Part shown: positions 20,979 through 30,321 of the stretch, one piece after another | Numbering within the stretch: the stretch's first letter is position 1 | Layout of the letters: every line of letters begins with the position of its first letter | DNA from: Lachnospirales bacterium | GTDB lineage: Bacteria > Bacillota > Clostridia > Lachnospirales > CAMZNU01 | Assembly (NCBI GenBank): GCA_047973385.1 | Contig: JBKEBX010000012.1 | Coordinates: forward strand, 65,858 to 129,857 | DNA: 64,000 nucleotides | Direction: 5' to 3' | The notes under the pieces: model-generated | What the model was told of the DNA's origin: nothing | Databases searched by the model: none | Seen by the model: only the letters and a program-made list of their open reading frames with translations | Translations under genes and position numbers: made by a program

Positions 20979-23105
20979 TTAATCTTCTATTGTAACATTT
21001 GGTAATGCACAAGGTTTTGACAAATCACAGTTTGGATCGCCATTGAATAAATCAAGGTCTATATCTAAATCACCAAGTATGATTTTATCTTCTTTACCTA
21101 GAGCATCAGGTATTATAGTGAAAGTATTTGAAATACCATCTTGTGAGTATTTGAAAGGAAGTTTTGCAACTGATGAAAGTGATGCAGCAGCACCGTTTTC
21201 GTCACGACCATGCATAGGGTTTGCACCAGGAGCAAGAGGAACTCCAACTTTTCTACCATCTGGTGTAGAGCCTGTCTTTTTACCGTAAACTACATTAGAT
21301 GTAATTGTAAGAATTGACATCGTCGGGATACTTTGACGATATGTGTGGTGCTTTTCTATTTTTTCCATAAAGTTTTTAACAAGCATAGATGCTATATCAT
21401 CAACTCTGTCATCGTTATTACCGTATTTTGGGTAATCTCCTTCGATTTCGTAATCTGTTATGATACCATCGTCATCACGAACAACTTTAACTTTTGCGTA
21501 TTTTATAGCAGAAAGTGAGTCAGCAACAACGGAAAGTCCAGCTATACCTGTTGCAAAATATCGCTTAACTTCTCTATCATGTAAAGCCATTTGAACTTTT
21601 TCATATGCATATTTATCATGCATGTAATGGATAACGTTTAAAGTATTTACATATAAGTTAGCTAACCATTCAGTCATGTCCTCATATTTTGTAAAAACAT
21701 CATCAAAGTCAAGGTATTCACCTTCAACGGCTCTTGAACGAGGACCAACTTGGATTTTCATTTTTTCGTCCATACCACCATTAATAGCGTATAGTAAGCA
21801 TTTCGCAATATTTGCTCTTGCTCCAAAAAATTGTAATTCTTTACCTAAAACCATACTAGATACACAACAAGCAATTGCGTAGTCATCACCATGGTAGCCT
21901 CTCATAAGATCATCATTCTCATACTGAATTGATGAAGATATAATTGACATTTTTGCACAGAATTTTTTAAATTCTTCAGGTAATGATGTAGACCATAAAA
22001 CAGTCAAGTTTGGTTCAGGAGCAGGGGATAATGTGTTAAGTGTGTTTAAGTATCTAAAAGAAGTTTTTGTAACAAGGTGCTTACCTGTTAAGCTAATACC
22101 ACCAATACACTCAGTAACCCATGTTGGATCTCCTGAAAAGAGTTCATCATATTCACTTGTACGAGCAAAACGTACAATACGAAGTTTCATAATGAAATGG
22201 TCAATATATTCTTGTGCTTGTTCTTCTGTCAAAGTACCTTCTTCAATATCTCTTTGAATATAAATATCGATAAAAGTTGAAGTTCTACCTAAACTCATGG
22301 CAGCACCGTTTTGTTCTTTAACTGCTGCAAGATATGCAAGGTATGTCCATTGTATAGCTTCTTTTGCATTTACAGCAGGTTTAGAAATATCAAAACCATA
22401 TATTTTACCAAGTTCAATAAGTTCATATAAAGAACGGATTTGTTCGGATAGTTCTTCTCTTAAACGTATATTTTCTCCAGTCATTCTAATTGGAGCTGCA
22501 GAAAGTTCTTCCTTTTTCTCATCAATAAGTATATCAACACCATAAAGGGCAACTCTACGATAATCGCCGATAATTCTACCACGACCGTAAGCATCAGGTA
22601 ACCCTGATATTATACCTGCTTTTCTAGCTAACTTCATTTCGTCAGTGTAGGCATCGAAAACACCAGCATTATGAGTTTTTCTATATTTTGTAAAAATTTC
22701 CTTAGTTTCTTCATCTATGTTATATCCATGTTGGGAAAGAGCCGTTTCAGCAACTCTTATTCCACCAAAGGGTTGGAACGCTCTTTTAAGTGGTGCATCA
22801 GTTTGGAGTCCTACTATTGTTTCTAAATCTTTATCAATATATCCAGCTTTATGAGAAGTAATTGTAGCAACTGTTTTGGTATCCATATCTAAAACACCAC
22901 CAGCATCACGTTCAGCTTGTGTAATTTCTGAAAGTTTTTCCCAAAGCTTAGTTGTTTTTTCTGAAGCATCAGCGAGGAAAGAGTCATCTCCATCGTATGG
23001 AGTGTAGTTAAGAGTGATAAAGTCACGCACATTTGGTGCATTTGTTGACCAAAGTCCAGGGATAAAACCTCTCCATTCATTTGAGAATAGTGTTTTGTTC
23101 GACAT
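20979..23105 (-). CDS. pflB: pyruvate formate-lyase large (catalytic) fragment lacking the glycyl-radical domain
   Basis: 708 aa with the active-site ACCVS Cys-Cys. Homology ends at ...PDALGKED and is followed by a 35-aa acidic non-PFL tail and TAA. Confidence 0.9.
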   Translation of the reverse strand: MSNKTLFSNEWRGFIPGLWSTNAPNVRDFITLNYTPYDGDDSFLADASEKTTKLWEKLSEITQAERDAGGVLDMDTKTVATITSHKAGYIDKDLETIVGLQTDAPLKRAFQPFGGIRVAETALSQHGYNIDEETKEIFTKYRKTHNAGVFDAYTDEMKLARKAGIISGLPDAYGRGRIIGDYRRVALYGVDILIDEKKEELSAAPIRMTGENIRLREELSEQIRSLYELIELGKIYGFDISKPAVNAKEAIQWTYLAYLAAVKEQNGAAMSLGRTSTFIDIYIQRDIEEGTLTEEQAQEYIDHFIMKLRIVRFARTSEYDELFSGDPTWVTECIGGISLTGKHLVTKTSFRYLNTLNTLSPAPEPNLTVLWSTSLPEEFKKFCAKMSIISSSIQYENDDLMRGYHGDDYAIACCVSSMVLGKELQFFGARANIAKCLLYAINGGMDEKMKIQVGPRSRAVEGEYLDFDDVFTKYEDMTEWLANLYVNTLNVIHYMHDKYAYEKVQMALHDREVKRYFATGIAGLSVVADSLSAIKYAKVKVVRDDDGIITDYEIEGDYPKYGNNDDRVDDIASMLVKNFMEKIEKHHTYRQSIPTMSILTITSNVVYGKKTGSTPDGRKVGVPLAPGANPMHGRDENGAAASLSSVAKLPFKYSQDGISNTFTIIPDALGKEDKIILGDLDIDLDLFNGDPNCDLSKPCALPNVTIED

Positions 23106-23526
23106 AATTTGAACTCTCCTTTAAGTTTAATACAAATGTAGTGGGTGCTACATTTAAGTTGTAGTGATTGCTACTTTACAAATATAGTTTAACATTTTTT
23201 TAGTAACTTGTCAATAATCTTTATTGTTTTGGTGGGAATTGACGTGTAGAAAAAAAGTGAATATTTTTGATGAATATATATTAATATATACATTTTACAT
23301 ATACATAAGTGTACAACTATAATAATTAGTTAGAAAATTAAAAATAATAAACAAAAAATATGGCATAATAAAAAAATAACAATTAATTTAATAGTAAAAT
23401 TACTTATTGATAAAAATTCTTAATAATTAAATTGTGTACTATACAGATGTGTAATATATGTAATTGAAATTATGTGTATTTATTGATATAATATACATAA
23501 GATTAAAATGATTTTTGGAGGATATT

Positions 23527-24483
23527 ATGAAAAAATATGCATTTGGTATAGATGTTGGTGGAACAACGGTAAAAGTTGGTTTTTTTGATATTGAAGTTGA
23601 CGGCACATTAATCGATAAATGGGAAGTTTCCACAAGAAAAGATGAAGGTGGGAAATATATTTTAAGTGATGTAGCTAAAACAATAAATGATAAACTTTCT
23701 GAAAAGAATATAAACATTGAAGAAGTTAAGGGGATAGGTATTGGTGTTCCTGGACCTGTTTTAGAAGAATCAATTGTAAATAAATGTGTTAATCTTGGTT
23801 GGGGAGTTTTTAATGTAGCAGAGGAATCAAGTTTAATTTTTGGAATACCAAAAGAGAATATTTTAGTTTCAAATGATGCTAGTGTTGCATGTCTTGGAGA
23901 AATGTGGCTTGGTGCAGGTCGTGGATTTAGAGATTTAGTTTTAATTACTCTTGGTACAGGAGTAGGTGGAGGAGTAGTTTTAAATGGTAAAATAGTTTCA
24001 GGTGCTTTTGGTGCAAGTGGCGAAATAGGTCATATGAAGATTTCTCATACAGAAGATTTACAATGTGGTTGTGGCAAAAAAGGTTGTCTTGAACAGTATG
24101 CTTCTGCAACAGGTATAGTAAGAAAAATAAATGAAAAATTAGTTAATACGGATACACCATCAATATTGCGACAAGAACATTATTTATCAGCGAAATCTGT
24201 CTTTGATGCTGCGAAAAAAGGTGATGAAATTTCTATGGATATAGTAGATGAAGTATGTGAAGATTTGGCTTTAGCATTATCCTATGTATCTTGTACAATT
24301 GACCCTGAAATTTTCCTTATTGGTGGAGGAGTTTCAAAAGCAGGTGATATGCTAACCGATAAAATTCAAGAACGTTATACAGAACATTGCTTTCATGCCT
24401 CAAAAGAAACTAAGTTTAAAATAGCTGAGCTTGGGAATGATGCAGGTATGTATGGTGCTGTTAAAATGATTATAGATAAATAA
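23527..24483 (+). CDS. glcK: ROK-family glucokinase
   Basis: FGIDVGGTTVK ATP motif and the CGCGKKGCLE zinc motif. Start at MKKYAF behind SD GGAGGA. Confidence 0.9.
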   Translation: MKKYAFGIDVGGTTVKVGFFDIEVDGTLIDKWEVSTRKDEGGKYILSDVAKTINDKLSEKNINIEEVKGIGIGVPGPVLEESIVNKCVNLGWGVFNVAEESSLIFGIPKENILVSNDASVACLGEMWLGAGRGFRDLVLITLGTGVGGGVVLNGKIVSGAFGASGEIGHMKISHTEDLQCGCGKKGCLEQYASATGIVRKINEKLVNTDTPSILRQEHYLSAKSVFDAAKKGDEISMDIVDEVCEDLALALSYVSCTIDPEIFLIGGGVSKAGDMLTDKIQERYTEHCFHASKETKFKIAELGNDAGMYGAVKMIIDK

Positions 24484-24510
24484 TGCAAGTAAAACTGTTG
24501 TGAAGTATGT

Positions 24511-24553
24511 GGACATGAAAGAAACATAATTAAAAATTGTTTCTTTTATGTCC
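24511..24553 (+). terminator. hairpin after glcK
   Basis: ggacatgaaagaaaca...tgtttcttttatgtcc, a 16-bp stem with one G-U; weak T-tract. Confidence 0.55.
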
Positions 24554-24564
24554 AATTTTGTTGT

Positions 24565-24690
24565 ATGGCGACCTTGCAAAATATAGAAAAATCCATTTTC
24601 ATAATAAAACAACGATTTATGGCTTTTGTAAAAAGTGTGAAAAATTTTTTTCTTTTGCAATGTGACATTTTTTCAATTTGCAACCTTTCT
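24565..24690 (+). repeat. full-length copy of the intergenic repeat family (modules A+B+C)
   Basis: ATGGCGACCTTGCAAAATATAGAAAAATCCATTTTCATAATAAAACAACG...GCTTTTGTAAAAAGTGTGAAAAAT...CTTTTGCAATGTGACATTTTTTCAATTTGCAACCTTTC. Aligns along its whole length with 47652-47778. Confidence 0.85.
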
Positions 24691-24823
24691 ATATAAAGAA
24701 TAATAAAGAATATTTTTTCTATTTTTTTCATAGAATAATTAATATAAAAATTACGCAAAATAAAATAAAATATGGTTTTATAGGAGGTTAATATTAAAAA
24801 ACAAAGAGAGGAATTGATTTTTT

Positions 24824-26014
24824 TTGTGTAAAAAATTTTTTGTATTATTTTTAATACTAATGATATTATGTATAGGTACAATTATATATAAAGATAATAT
24901 TTCATTAACAATTGGCGAATCTGTTGTAGTTGAAACTTTCAACAATGTAGATGTAGAAACAATAGGTCAAAGCATAGATGTTATAAAAAAAGAAGATATA
25001 GAAATTTTAGGCAAGGAATTGGGTTTAAGTAGTGTAAAATTAAATCTTCTTGGTGTGCCTGTGAAAAAAATAGATGTGGAAGTTACGGAACCGAAAAAAT
25101 TAATACCTGTTGGTGTGACTTTAGGAATACGCATAAATACTAAAGGTGTTTTAGTTTTAGGTACAGGCAATGTTACAGATTTAGAGGGTAAGACTATTAA
25201 TCCAGCGTCAGATAAGGTTTTTTCAGGTGATATTATATATAAAATTGATGATGTTGAACTAAAATCAAAGGAAGAACTTATGGAATATGTTGAAAAAAGT
25301 GAAAAAGAAAGTGCCATACTTACCATAAGCCATAATAACGAAGTAAGTGAAGTGGAAGTACCTATTGTTAAATCTCAAGTGGATAATGTTAATAAAATTG
25401 GCATTTGGGTTAGAGATAGTACTCAAGGAATTGGTACAATGACATACATAGACCCTGAAAACAATCAATATGCTGCACTTGGTCATGGTATTGTTGATGT
25501 GGATACTAAGGAACTTATGAATGTTAAGGAAGGTAAGGCGTACCTATCTTCAATCGTTTCGGTAACAAAAGGTGAAAAAGGCTCTCCTGGTGAGTTAGTG
25601 GGGGAGATTACTATTCATGATGAAGTTGCAAATGTTGAAAATAACAAAGATTTTGGTATATATGGTACAGTTCATGGCATTGACTTAATAACAAAAAATC
25701 GTGAAGCCATCGAGATAGCTAGAGAAGATGAAATAACCGAAGGAAGTGCATACATTTTATGTAGTGTTAATCAATGGGAAGTTGAAGAATATGAAGTTGA
25801 AATAATGAGTATTGACTTTAAAAATAAAAACAATAAAAATTTTATTATTAAGATTACCGATGATGAACTACTTTCTAAAACAAGTGGAATAGTACAAGGT
25901 ATGAGTGGGTCACCAATAATTCAAAATAATAAATTTGTAGGGGCTGTTACTCATGTTTTTGTACAAGATCCAACTAAGGGATATGGAATTTATATTGAAA
26001 ATATGATAGACTAG
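24824..26014 (+). CDS. spoIVB: SpoIVB peptidase (S55)
   Basis: PDZ-like region plus GIVQGMSGSPII catalytic Ser motif. TTG start. Confidence 0.9.
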   Translation: MCKKFFVLFLILMILCIGTIIYKDNISLTIGESVVVETFNNVDVETIGQSIDVIKKEDIEILGKELGLSSVKLNLLGVPVKKIDVEVTEPKKLIPVGVTLGIRINTKGVLVLGTGNVTDLEGKTINPASDKVFSGDIIYKIDDVELKSKEELMEYVEKSEKESAILTISHNNEVSEVEVPIVKSQVDNVNKIGIWVRDSTQGIGTMTYIDPENNQYAALGHGIVDVDTKELMNVKEGKAYLSSIVSVTKGEKGSPGELVGEITIHDEVANVENNKDFGIYGTVHGIDLITKNREAIEIAREDEITEGSAYILCSVNQWEVEEYEVEIMSIDFKNKNNKNFIIKITDDELLSKTSGIVQGMSGSPIIQNNKFVGAVTHVFVQDPTKGYGIYIENMID

Positions 26015-26040
26015 CCATTGTTTCAACTTTGCAACGTTTA
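26014..26040 (+). repeat. module C fragment of the repeat family, overlapping the spoIVB stop codon
   Basis: GCCATTGTTTCAACTTTGCAACGTTTA. Confidence 0.5.
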
Positions 26041-26096
26041 AAATTGACTTTCTAAACTATATATGATATACTTAGGAAAATTTTGGAGGTGGATGT

Positions 26097-27074
26097 ATGA
26101 AAATAGCAGTTATAGCACCATCAGCAGGGCTTGGGCAAGTTTTTCCTCATATGGTAGATTTAGCAGTGGAAAAGTACAAAAAATATTATAACATTGATGT
26201 TGAACTTTTTGAAACCATAAAGATGACTTGTGAAGACGTTCTGAATAATCCTAAAAAACGTGCAGAAGATATGAATAAAGCTTTTTACGATGAAAGTATA
26301 GACTATGTGCATTCTCTAATTGGTGGAAATGATTCCGTTAGAATTTTAGATTTTATAGATTTAGATGCTCCAGATAAAGTTATTATCGGTTTTTCTGATG
26401 CAACGCCATATTTATCGTATCTTGCTATAAATGGAAAAACAGCCTATTATGGAGCGAGTATCCTAGCAGGTATGGCTGAAATGGATTTTTTAGGTGAAAA
26501 GTTTATAAAACATTTTGATGATGTTGTTATAAAAAAAGAAAAAGAAGTTGTATACCCTATTTACGATTTCTATGTAGATGGATTTAAAGATTGGAATGAT
26601 AAAAACAATAAAGGTGAACTTTTAGAAAAAACAGATACCGAAGGTCCTCGCGTTTTAAATGGTCAAGGTAAAGTATCAGGTAAACTTTGGGGTGGTTGTA
26701 TGGATTCTATTGAACAGTTTAAACAAATTAAGTATTATCCCTCTGAAAAATATCTTACAGATAAAATAATATTTTTTGAAACTTCAGAAGATAAGCCTTC
26801 TCCAGACCTAGTTAAACGCTGGGTTAGAAATTATGCAATGCAAGGTTTGTTTAATAGAAACAAAGCTGTAATTTTTGGGAACTTTGCCTTTTATAATGAT
26901 GAAGAAAAAGAGCAAGTTTATAAATATATAAAAGATATTATAAGTGAGTACAACGAAGATTTACCTGTGGTTGTAAACTGTCCAATTGGTCATACATATC
27001 CAACATGGGTATTGCCGTATAATGAAGTTTTTGAGATAGATTTGGATAATCTTAAATTTACTTTGAAAAGATAA
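26097..27074 (+). CDS. S66 peptidase family protein (LD-carboxypeptidase/MccF-like)
   Basis: GGNDS, GFSDAT (nucleophile Ser), WGGCM, FETSED and IGH blocks align with the E. coli LdcA motifs. Confidence 0.8.
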   Translation: MKIAVIAPSAGLGQVFPHMVDLAVEKYKKYYNIDVELFETIKMTCEDVLNNPKKRAEDMNKAFYDESIDYVHSLIGGNDSVRILDFIDLDAPDKVIIGFSDATPYLSYLAINGKTAYYGASILAGMAEMDFLGEKFIKHFDDVVIKKEKEVVYPIYDFYVDGFKDWNDKNNKGELLEKTDTEGPRVLNGQGKVSGKLWGGCMDSIEQFKQIKYYPSEKYLTDKIIFFETSEDKPSPDLVKRWVRNYAMQGLFNRNKAVIFGNFAFYNDEEKEQVYKYIKDIISEYNEDLPVVVNCPIGHTYPTWVLPYNEVFEIDLDNLKFTLKR

Positions 27075-27124
27075 AATAATAAAATATTTAAAAGGCAATG
27101 ATATTTAAGTTAAGTAAAATATAT

Positions 27125-27164
27125 AAAACGCACAAATTTATGATTGAAATATGTGCGTTTTTTT
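27125..27164 (+). terminator. intrinsic terminator
   Basis: aaaacgcaca...tgtgcgtttt plus a T-run. Confidence 0.7.
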
Positions 27165-27177
27165 ACGCTAAAAGACT

Positions 27178-27277
27178 CTGCAACGTTGTAAAACTAAAAT
27201 GATGGAACATTGCAAAAGCCACAAAGCTGTTGTTTTGTTATGAAAATGGATTTTTCTATATTTTGCAAGGTCGCCAT
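27178..27277 (-). repeat. inverted-orientation repeat copy with an internal deletion
   Basis: Reverse complement reads ATGGCGACCTTGCAAAATATAGAAAAATCCATTTTCATAACAAAACAACAGCTTTGTGGCTTTTGCAATGTTCCATCATTTTAGTTTTACAACGTTGCAG. The segment between the two CTTTTG direct repeats is missing. Confidence 0.85.
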
Positions 27278-27354
27278 TTATACTATGATTTAGTCATGGA
27301 CTTGTATATTTTTATGAAATCATTTATAATATATATAATATAAAAATTGGAGGT

Positions 27355-28206
27355 ATGATTTTGAGTATTAGAGATATAGATGTTAGTATAATTACTGAAC
27401 ATGTTGAAAAAATGTGCATAGATAGTAATTATTATATAGGTAAAGATATTGAAAAATCATTTAATAATGCTCTTGAAATAGAGGAAAACCCTTTGTCAAA
27501 AGAACTTTTTGAAATTTTACTTGAAAATTCTAAAATAGCAACAGAGGAAAGTTTACCAATATGTCAAGATACAGGTATGGCTATTATTTTTATAGAAATT
27601 GGCCAAGACGTGCATTTTGTTGGTAACCTTGAAAATGCAATCAATCAAGGTGTAAGACAAGGTTATGAAAAAGGATATCTTAGAAAATCTGTTGTAAAAG
27701 ACCCTGTAAATCGTGTTAATACAAAAGATAATACTCCTGCTATTATACATTATAAAATTGTTGAAGGTGATAAAGTTAAAATTACTGTATCTCCTAAAGG
27801 TTTTGGTTCTGAAAATATGTCCAGAACTAAAATGCTTAAACCGTCAGAAAGTATAGAGGGTGTTAAAGATTTTGTTATAGAAACTGTGAAAATTGCAGGT
27901 CCTAACGCCTGTCCTCCTATGATTGTTGGTGTTGGTGTAGGTGGAAATTTTGAGAAAAGTGCAATAATGGCTAAAGAGGCTTTACTTCGTGATGTAGGTT
28001 CTAAAAATCATGATGAAGTATGGGGTGATGTTGAGGTTGAACTTCTTGAACGTGTAAATAACCTTGAAATAGGTATTGGTGGATTTGGTGGTAAAACTAC
28101 GGCACTTGCAGTACATATAAACTCATACCCTACACATATAGCAGGTTTGCCTGTTGCTGTAAATATTGGTTGTCATGTTACAAGACATAATCAAGTTGTA
28201 ATATAG
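27355..28206 (+). CDS. class I fumarate hydratase, alpha (Fe-S) subunit
   Basis: Two-subunit class-I fumarase/tartrate dehydratase alpha pattern (PICQDTG, Cys ligands). The start may instead be TTG 27361, which has better SD spacing. Confidence 0.88.
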   Translation: MILSIRDIDVSIITEHVEKMCIDSNYYIGKDIEKSFNNALEIEENPLSKELFEILLENSKIATEESLPICQDTGMAIIFIEIGQDVHFVGNLENAINQGVRQGYEKGYLRKSVVKDPVNRVNTKDNTPAIIHYKIVEGDKVKITVSPKGFGSENMSRTKMLKPSESIEGVKDFVIETVKIAGPNACPPMIVGVGVGGNFEKSAIMAKEALLRDVGSKNHDEVWGDVEVELLERVNNLEIGIGGFGGKTTALAVHINSYPTHIAGLPVAVNIGCHVTRHNQVVI

Positions 28207-28216
28207 GAGGTATAAA

Positions 28217-28759
28217 ATGAAAAAAGTTATAAATACACCTATATCCGTAGAAGATGCAAGAACTTTGGAAATAGGTGAAGTTGTTTATATTACAGGTACA
28301 ATTTTCACTTTGCGAGATGCAGGACATAAAAGACTTGTTGAAATGCTTCAAAAGGGCGAAAATCTCGATGTTGACCTAAGAGGGGCGACTATATACTATG
28401 CAGGCCCATGCCCTAACCCTCCAGATAAAGTAATTGGTAGTATTGGCCCTACAACTTCTGTAAGAATGGACGCATATTCACCTTATTTAATTAAATGGGG
28501 GCTTAAAAATATGATAGGTAAAGGCTTTAGAAGTGAAGAAGTTATTGATAGTGTAAGAGAAAATGAGGGACTTTATCTTGTTGCAGTAGGTGGTGCAGCA
28601 GCACTTATGAGCAAATGTATAAAAAAAGTTGAGATAGTTGCCTTTGAAGATTTGGGAACTGAAGCTCTTCGTAAAATGGAAGTTGAAAATTTACCTGTTA
28701 TAGTGTCCATTGATACAAGAGGTAATTATGTATATAGCAATGCCGAAAAATTAAACTAA
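28217..28759 (+). CDS. class I fumarate hydratase, beta subunit
   Basis: 180 aa. GTIFTLRDAGHKRL and GPTTSVRMD motifs; adjacent to the alpha subunit. Confidence 0.88.
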   Translation: MKKVINTPISVEDARTLEIGEVVYITGTIFTLRDAGHKRLVEMLQKGENLDVDLRGATIYYAGPCPNPPDKVIGSIGPTTSVRMDAYSPYLIKWGLKNMIGKGFRSEEVIDSVRENEGLYLVAVGGAAALMSKCIKKVEIVAFEDLGTEALRKMEVENLPVIVSIDTRGNYVYSNAEKLN

Positions 28760-28760
28760 T

Positions 28761-28863
28761 GGGACATTGCAAAGAAAAAACAAATTTTCATACTTTAACA
28801 AATACCACAAGGTCGTTGTTTTGTTATGAGAACGTATTTTTCTATATTTTGTAATGTCACCAT
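28761..28863 (-). repeat. inverted-orientation repeat copy (modules A+B, no C), starting 2 nt after the fumB stop
   Basis: Reverse complement reads ATGGTGACATTACAAAATATAGAAAAATACGTTCTCATAACAAAACAACGACCTTGTGGTATTTGTTAAAGTATGAAAATTTGTTTTTTCTTTGCAATGTCCC. Confidence 0.85.
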
Positions 28864-28882
28864 GTAGATAGGAGATGATATA

Positions 28883-29716
28883 TTGAGCGATAATAGACCG
28901 ATTGGTGTATTTGATTCAGGTGTAGGCGGTCTAACTGTCGCATATGAGTTGTTCAAAATTCTAAAGGGCGAGGAGTTAATTTATTTTGCTGATTCTTTGA
29001 GAGCTCCCTATGGTAGCCTTGATAGCGAAGTTTTACTTAAATATTCTTGTGAAGTGGTAGATTTTTTTATTGGTTGTGATGTTAAATCGGTGGTTCTTGC
29101 TTGTAATACACTATGTGCGGCAGTTTTAGATGATTTGAAAATTATATATAAAGAATATGATATAATTTTTCAAGGTGTAATTGATGCAGGAGTTTTAGAA
29201 ATAATAGAAGAAAAAAGTGAAAATGTAGGACTTCTTGCAACTAAAAATACTGTTGATTTAGGTACATATGCAACTAAACTTAAAGAATATGACAATACAA
29301 TTAAACTTGTTTCAAAACCAGCAGCTATCTTTGTTTCTATTGTAGAAAAAGATATTATAGATAAACCTTTAGCATATGAAGCTGTAAAGTATCATTTAAG
29401 AGATTTAATAAATGCAAAAGTTGATACAATTGTACTTGGCTGTACACATTTTCCAATAATGCAAGATTTGATTACTCATGTGCTAACAGAAGATTATAAA
29501 GTAAATGTGAAATTGATAAATCCTGCTAGAAAGTCGGCTTCAAACTTATATGAAATTTTAAAAAAGAAAAATATGCTTGGAAGTTGTAGTGGTAGTAACT
29601 ATAGTAGTAAAATAAGTTTTTATACGAGTGGTTCAGTATGTCAGTTTAAAGGAATTTTAGATAGGATTTTTGATGAAGAATATGAAGTTAACAGAATTGA
29701 GATAGGTGAATATTAG
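28883..29716 (+). CDS. murI: glutamate racemase
   Basis: IGVFDSGVGGLTV, ACNT and GCTHFP motifs. TTG start behind AGGAGA. Confidence 0.93.
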   Translation: MSDNRPIGVFDSGVGGLTVAYELFKILKGEELIYFADSLRAPYGSLDSEVLLKYSCEVVDFFIGCDVKSVVLACNTLCAAVLDDLKIIYKEYDIIFQGVIDAGVLEIIEEKSENVGLLATKNTVDLGTYATKLKEYDNTIKLVSKPAAIFVSIVEKDIIDKPLAYEAVKYHLRDLINAKVDTIVLGCTHFPIMQDLITHVLTEDYKVNVKLINPARKSASNLYEILKKKNMLGSCSGSNYSSKISFYTSGSVCQFKGILDRIFDEEYEVNRIEIGEY

Positions 29717-29796
29717 ATGGCGACCTTGCAAAAAGTATGAAAACTTGTTTTTCTTTTGCAATGTGCCATTATTTCAATTTTGCAACGTTTCCAGAT
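29717..29796 (+). repeat. short repeat variant (left TIR joined to module B+C), starting at the base after the murI stop
   Basis: ATGGCGACCTTGCAAAAAGTATGAAAACTTGTTTTTCTTTTGCAATGTGCCATTATTTCAATTTTGCAACGTTTCCAGAT. Confidence 0.85.
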
Positions 29797-29822
29797 TTAA
29801 AAATAAATGTAAGGGTGATTAA

Positions 29823-30287
29823 ATGAAGTGTCCATTTTGTAGTAGTACAGATGTTAAAGTTGTAAACTCAAGAAGTGTAAACGAGGATTTAGAAATTAGA
29901 CGTAGACGAGAATGTGATAATTGTAAAAAACGTTTTAGTACTATTGAACGTGTAGAACTTTTAGAATTATTCGTTGTAAAAAGAGATGGTACAACTGAAA
30001 AATATTCTAGAGATAAGTTATTTAGTGGTATAAGTAAGGCTTGTAACAAAAGACCTATCGACACTGAAGACATAGAATACGTTGTTAATCATATTGAAAA
30101 TGCCATTTTTGTTAAAGGTGTGGAAGTTATATCATCTATTGATATAGGCGTTTTGATTATGAATGAGCTAAAGAAAATTGATGATGTTGCATATGTTAGA
30201 TTTGCTTCGGTTTGTAAGCAATTTGAAGATATTGAGAAATTTCAAGAAGAATTAAATCAGATTATAAAAGAACGAAAAAACAGCTAA
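29823..30287 (+). CDS. nrdR: transcriptional repressor NrdR
   Basis: MKCPFCSS...CDNCKKRF zinc ribbon plus ATP-cone. Confidence 0.95.
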   Translation: MKCPFCSSTDVKVVNSRSVNEDLEIRRRRECDNCKKRFSTIERVELLELFVVKRDGTTEKYSRDKLFSGISKACNKRPIDTEDIEYVVNHIENAIFVKGVEVISSIDIGVLIMNELKKIDDVAYVRFASVCKQFEDIEKFQEELNQIIKERKNS

Positions 30288-30300
30288 TTAGCTGTTTTTT
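30275..30300. terminator. bidirectional terminator containing the nrdR stop codon
   Basis: aaaaaa-cagct-aatt-agctg-tttttt. Confidence 0.8.
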
Positions 30301-30321
30301 ATGTATTTGGTAAACTGCCAT

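Noticed and set aside
24565-24696. The repeat element starts with ATG GCG ACC and in this copy gives a 43-codon ORF (MATLQNIEKSIFIIKQRF...), suggesting a repeated small-peptide gene or type I toxin.
   Set aside because: The frame is not conserved. Copy 47652 stops after 4 codons (ATG GCG ACA TTG TAA), copy 29717 after 7, and the inverted copy at 27277 after 27. No SD precedes the ATG. The element is treated as non-coding.
24565-29796. Imperfect inverted repeats placed right after the stop codons of successive genes resemble integron attC sites or gene cassettes.
   Set aside because: The flanked genes are core housekeeping genes (spoIVB, fumAB, murI, nrdR). Orientation is mixed. No RYYYAAC/GTTRRRY core pair is evident and no integrase is present in the window.
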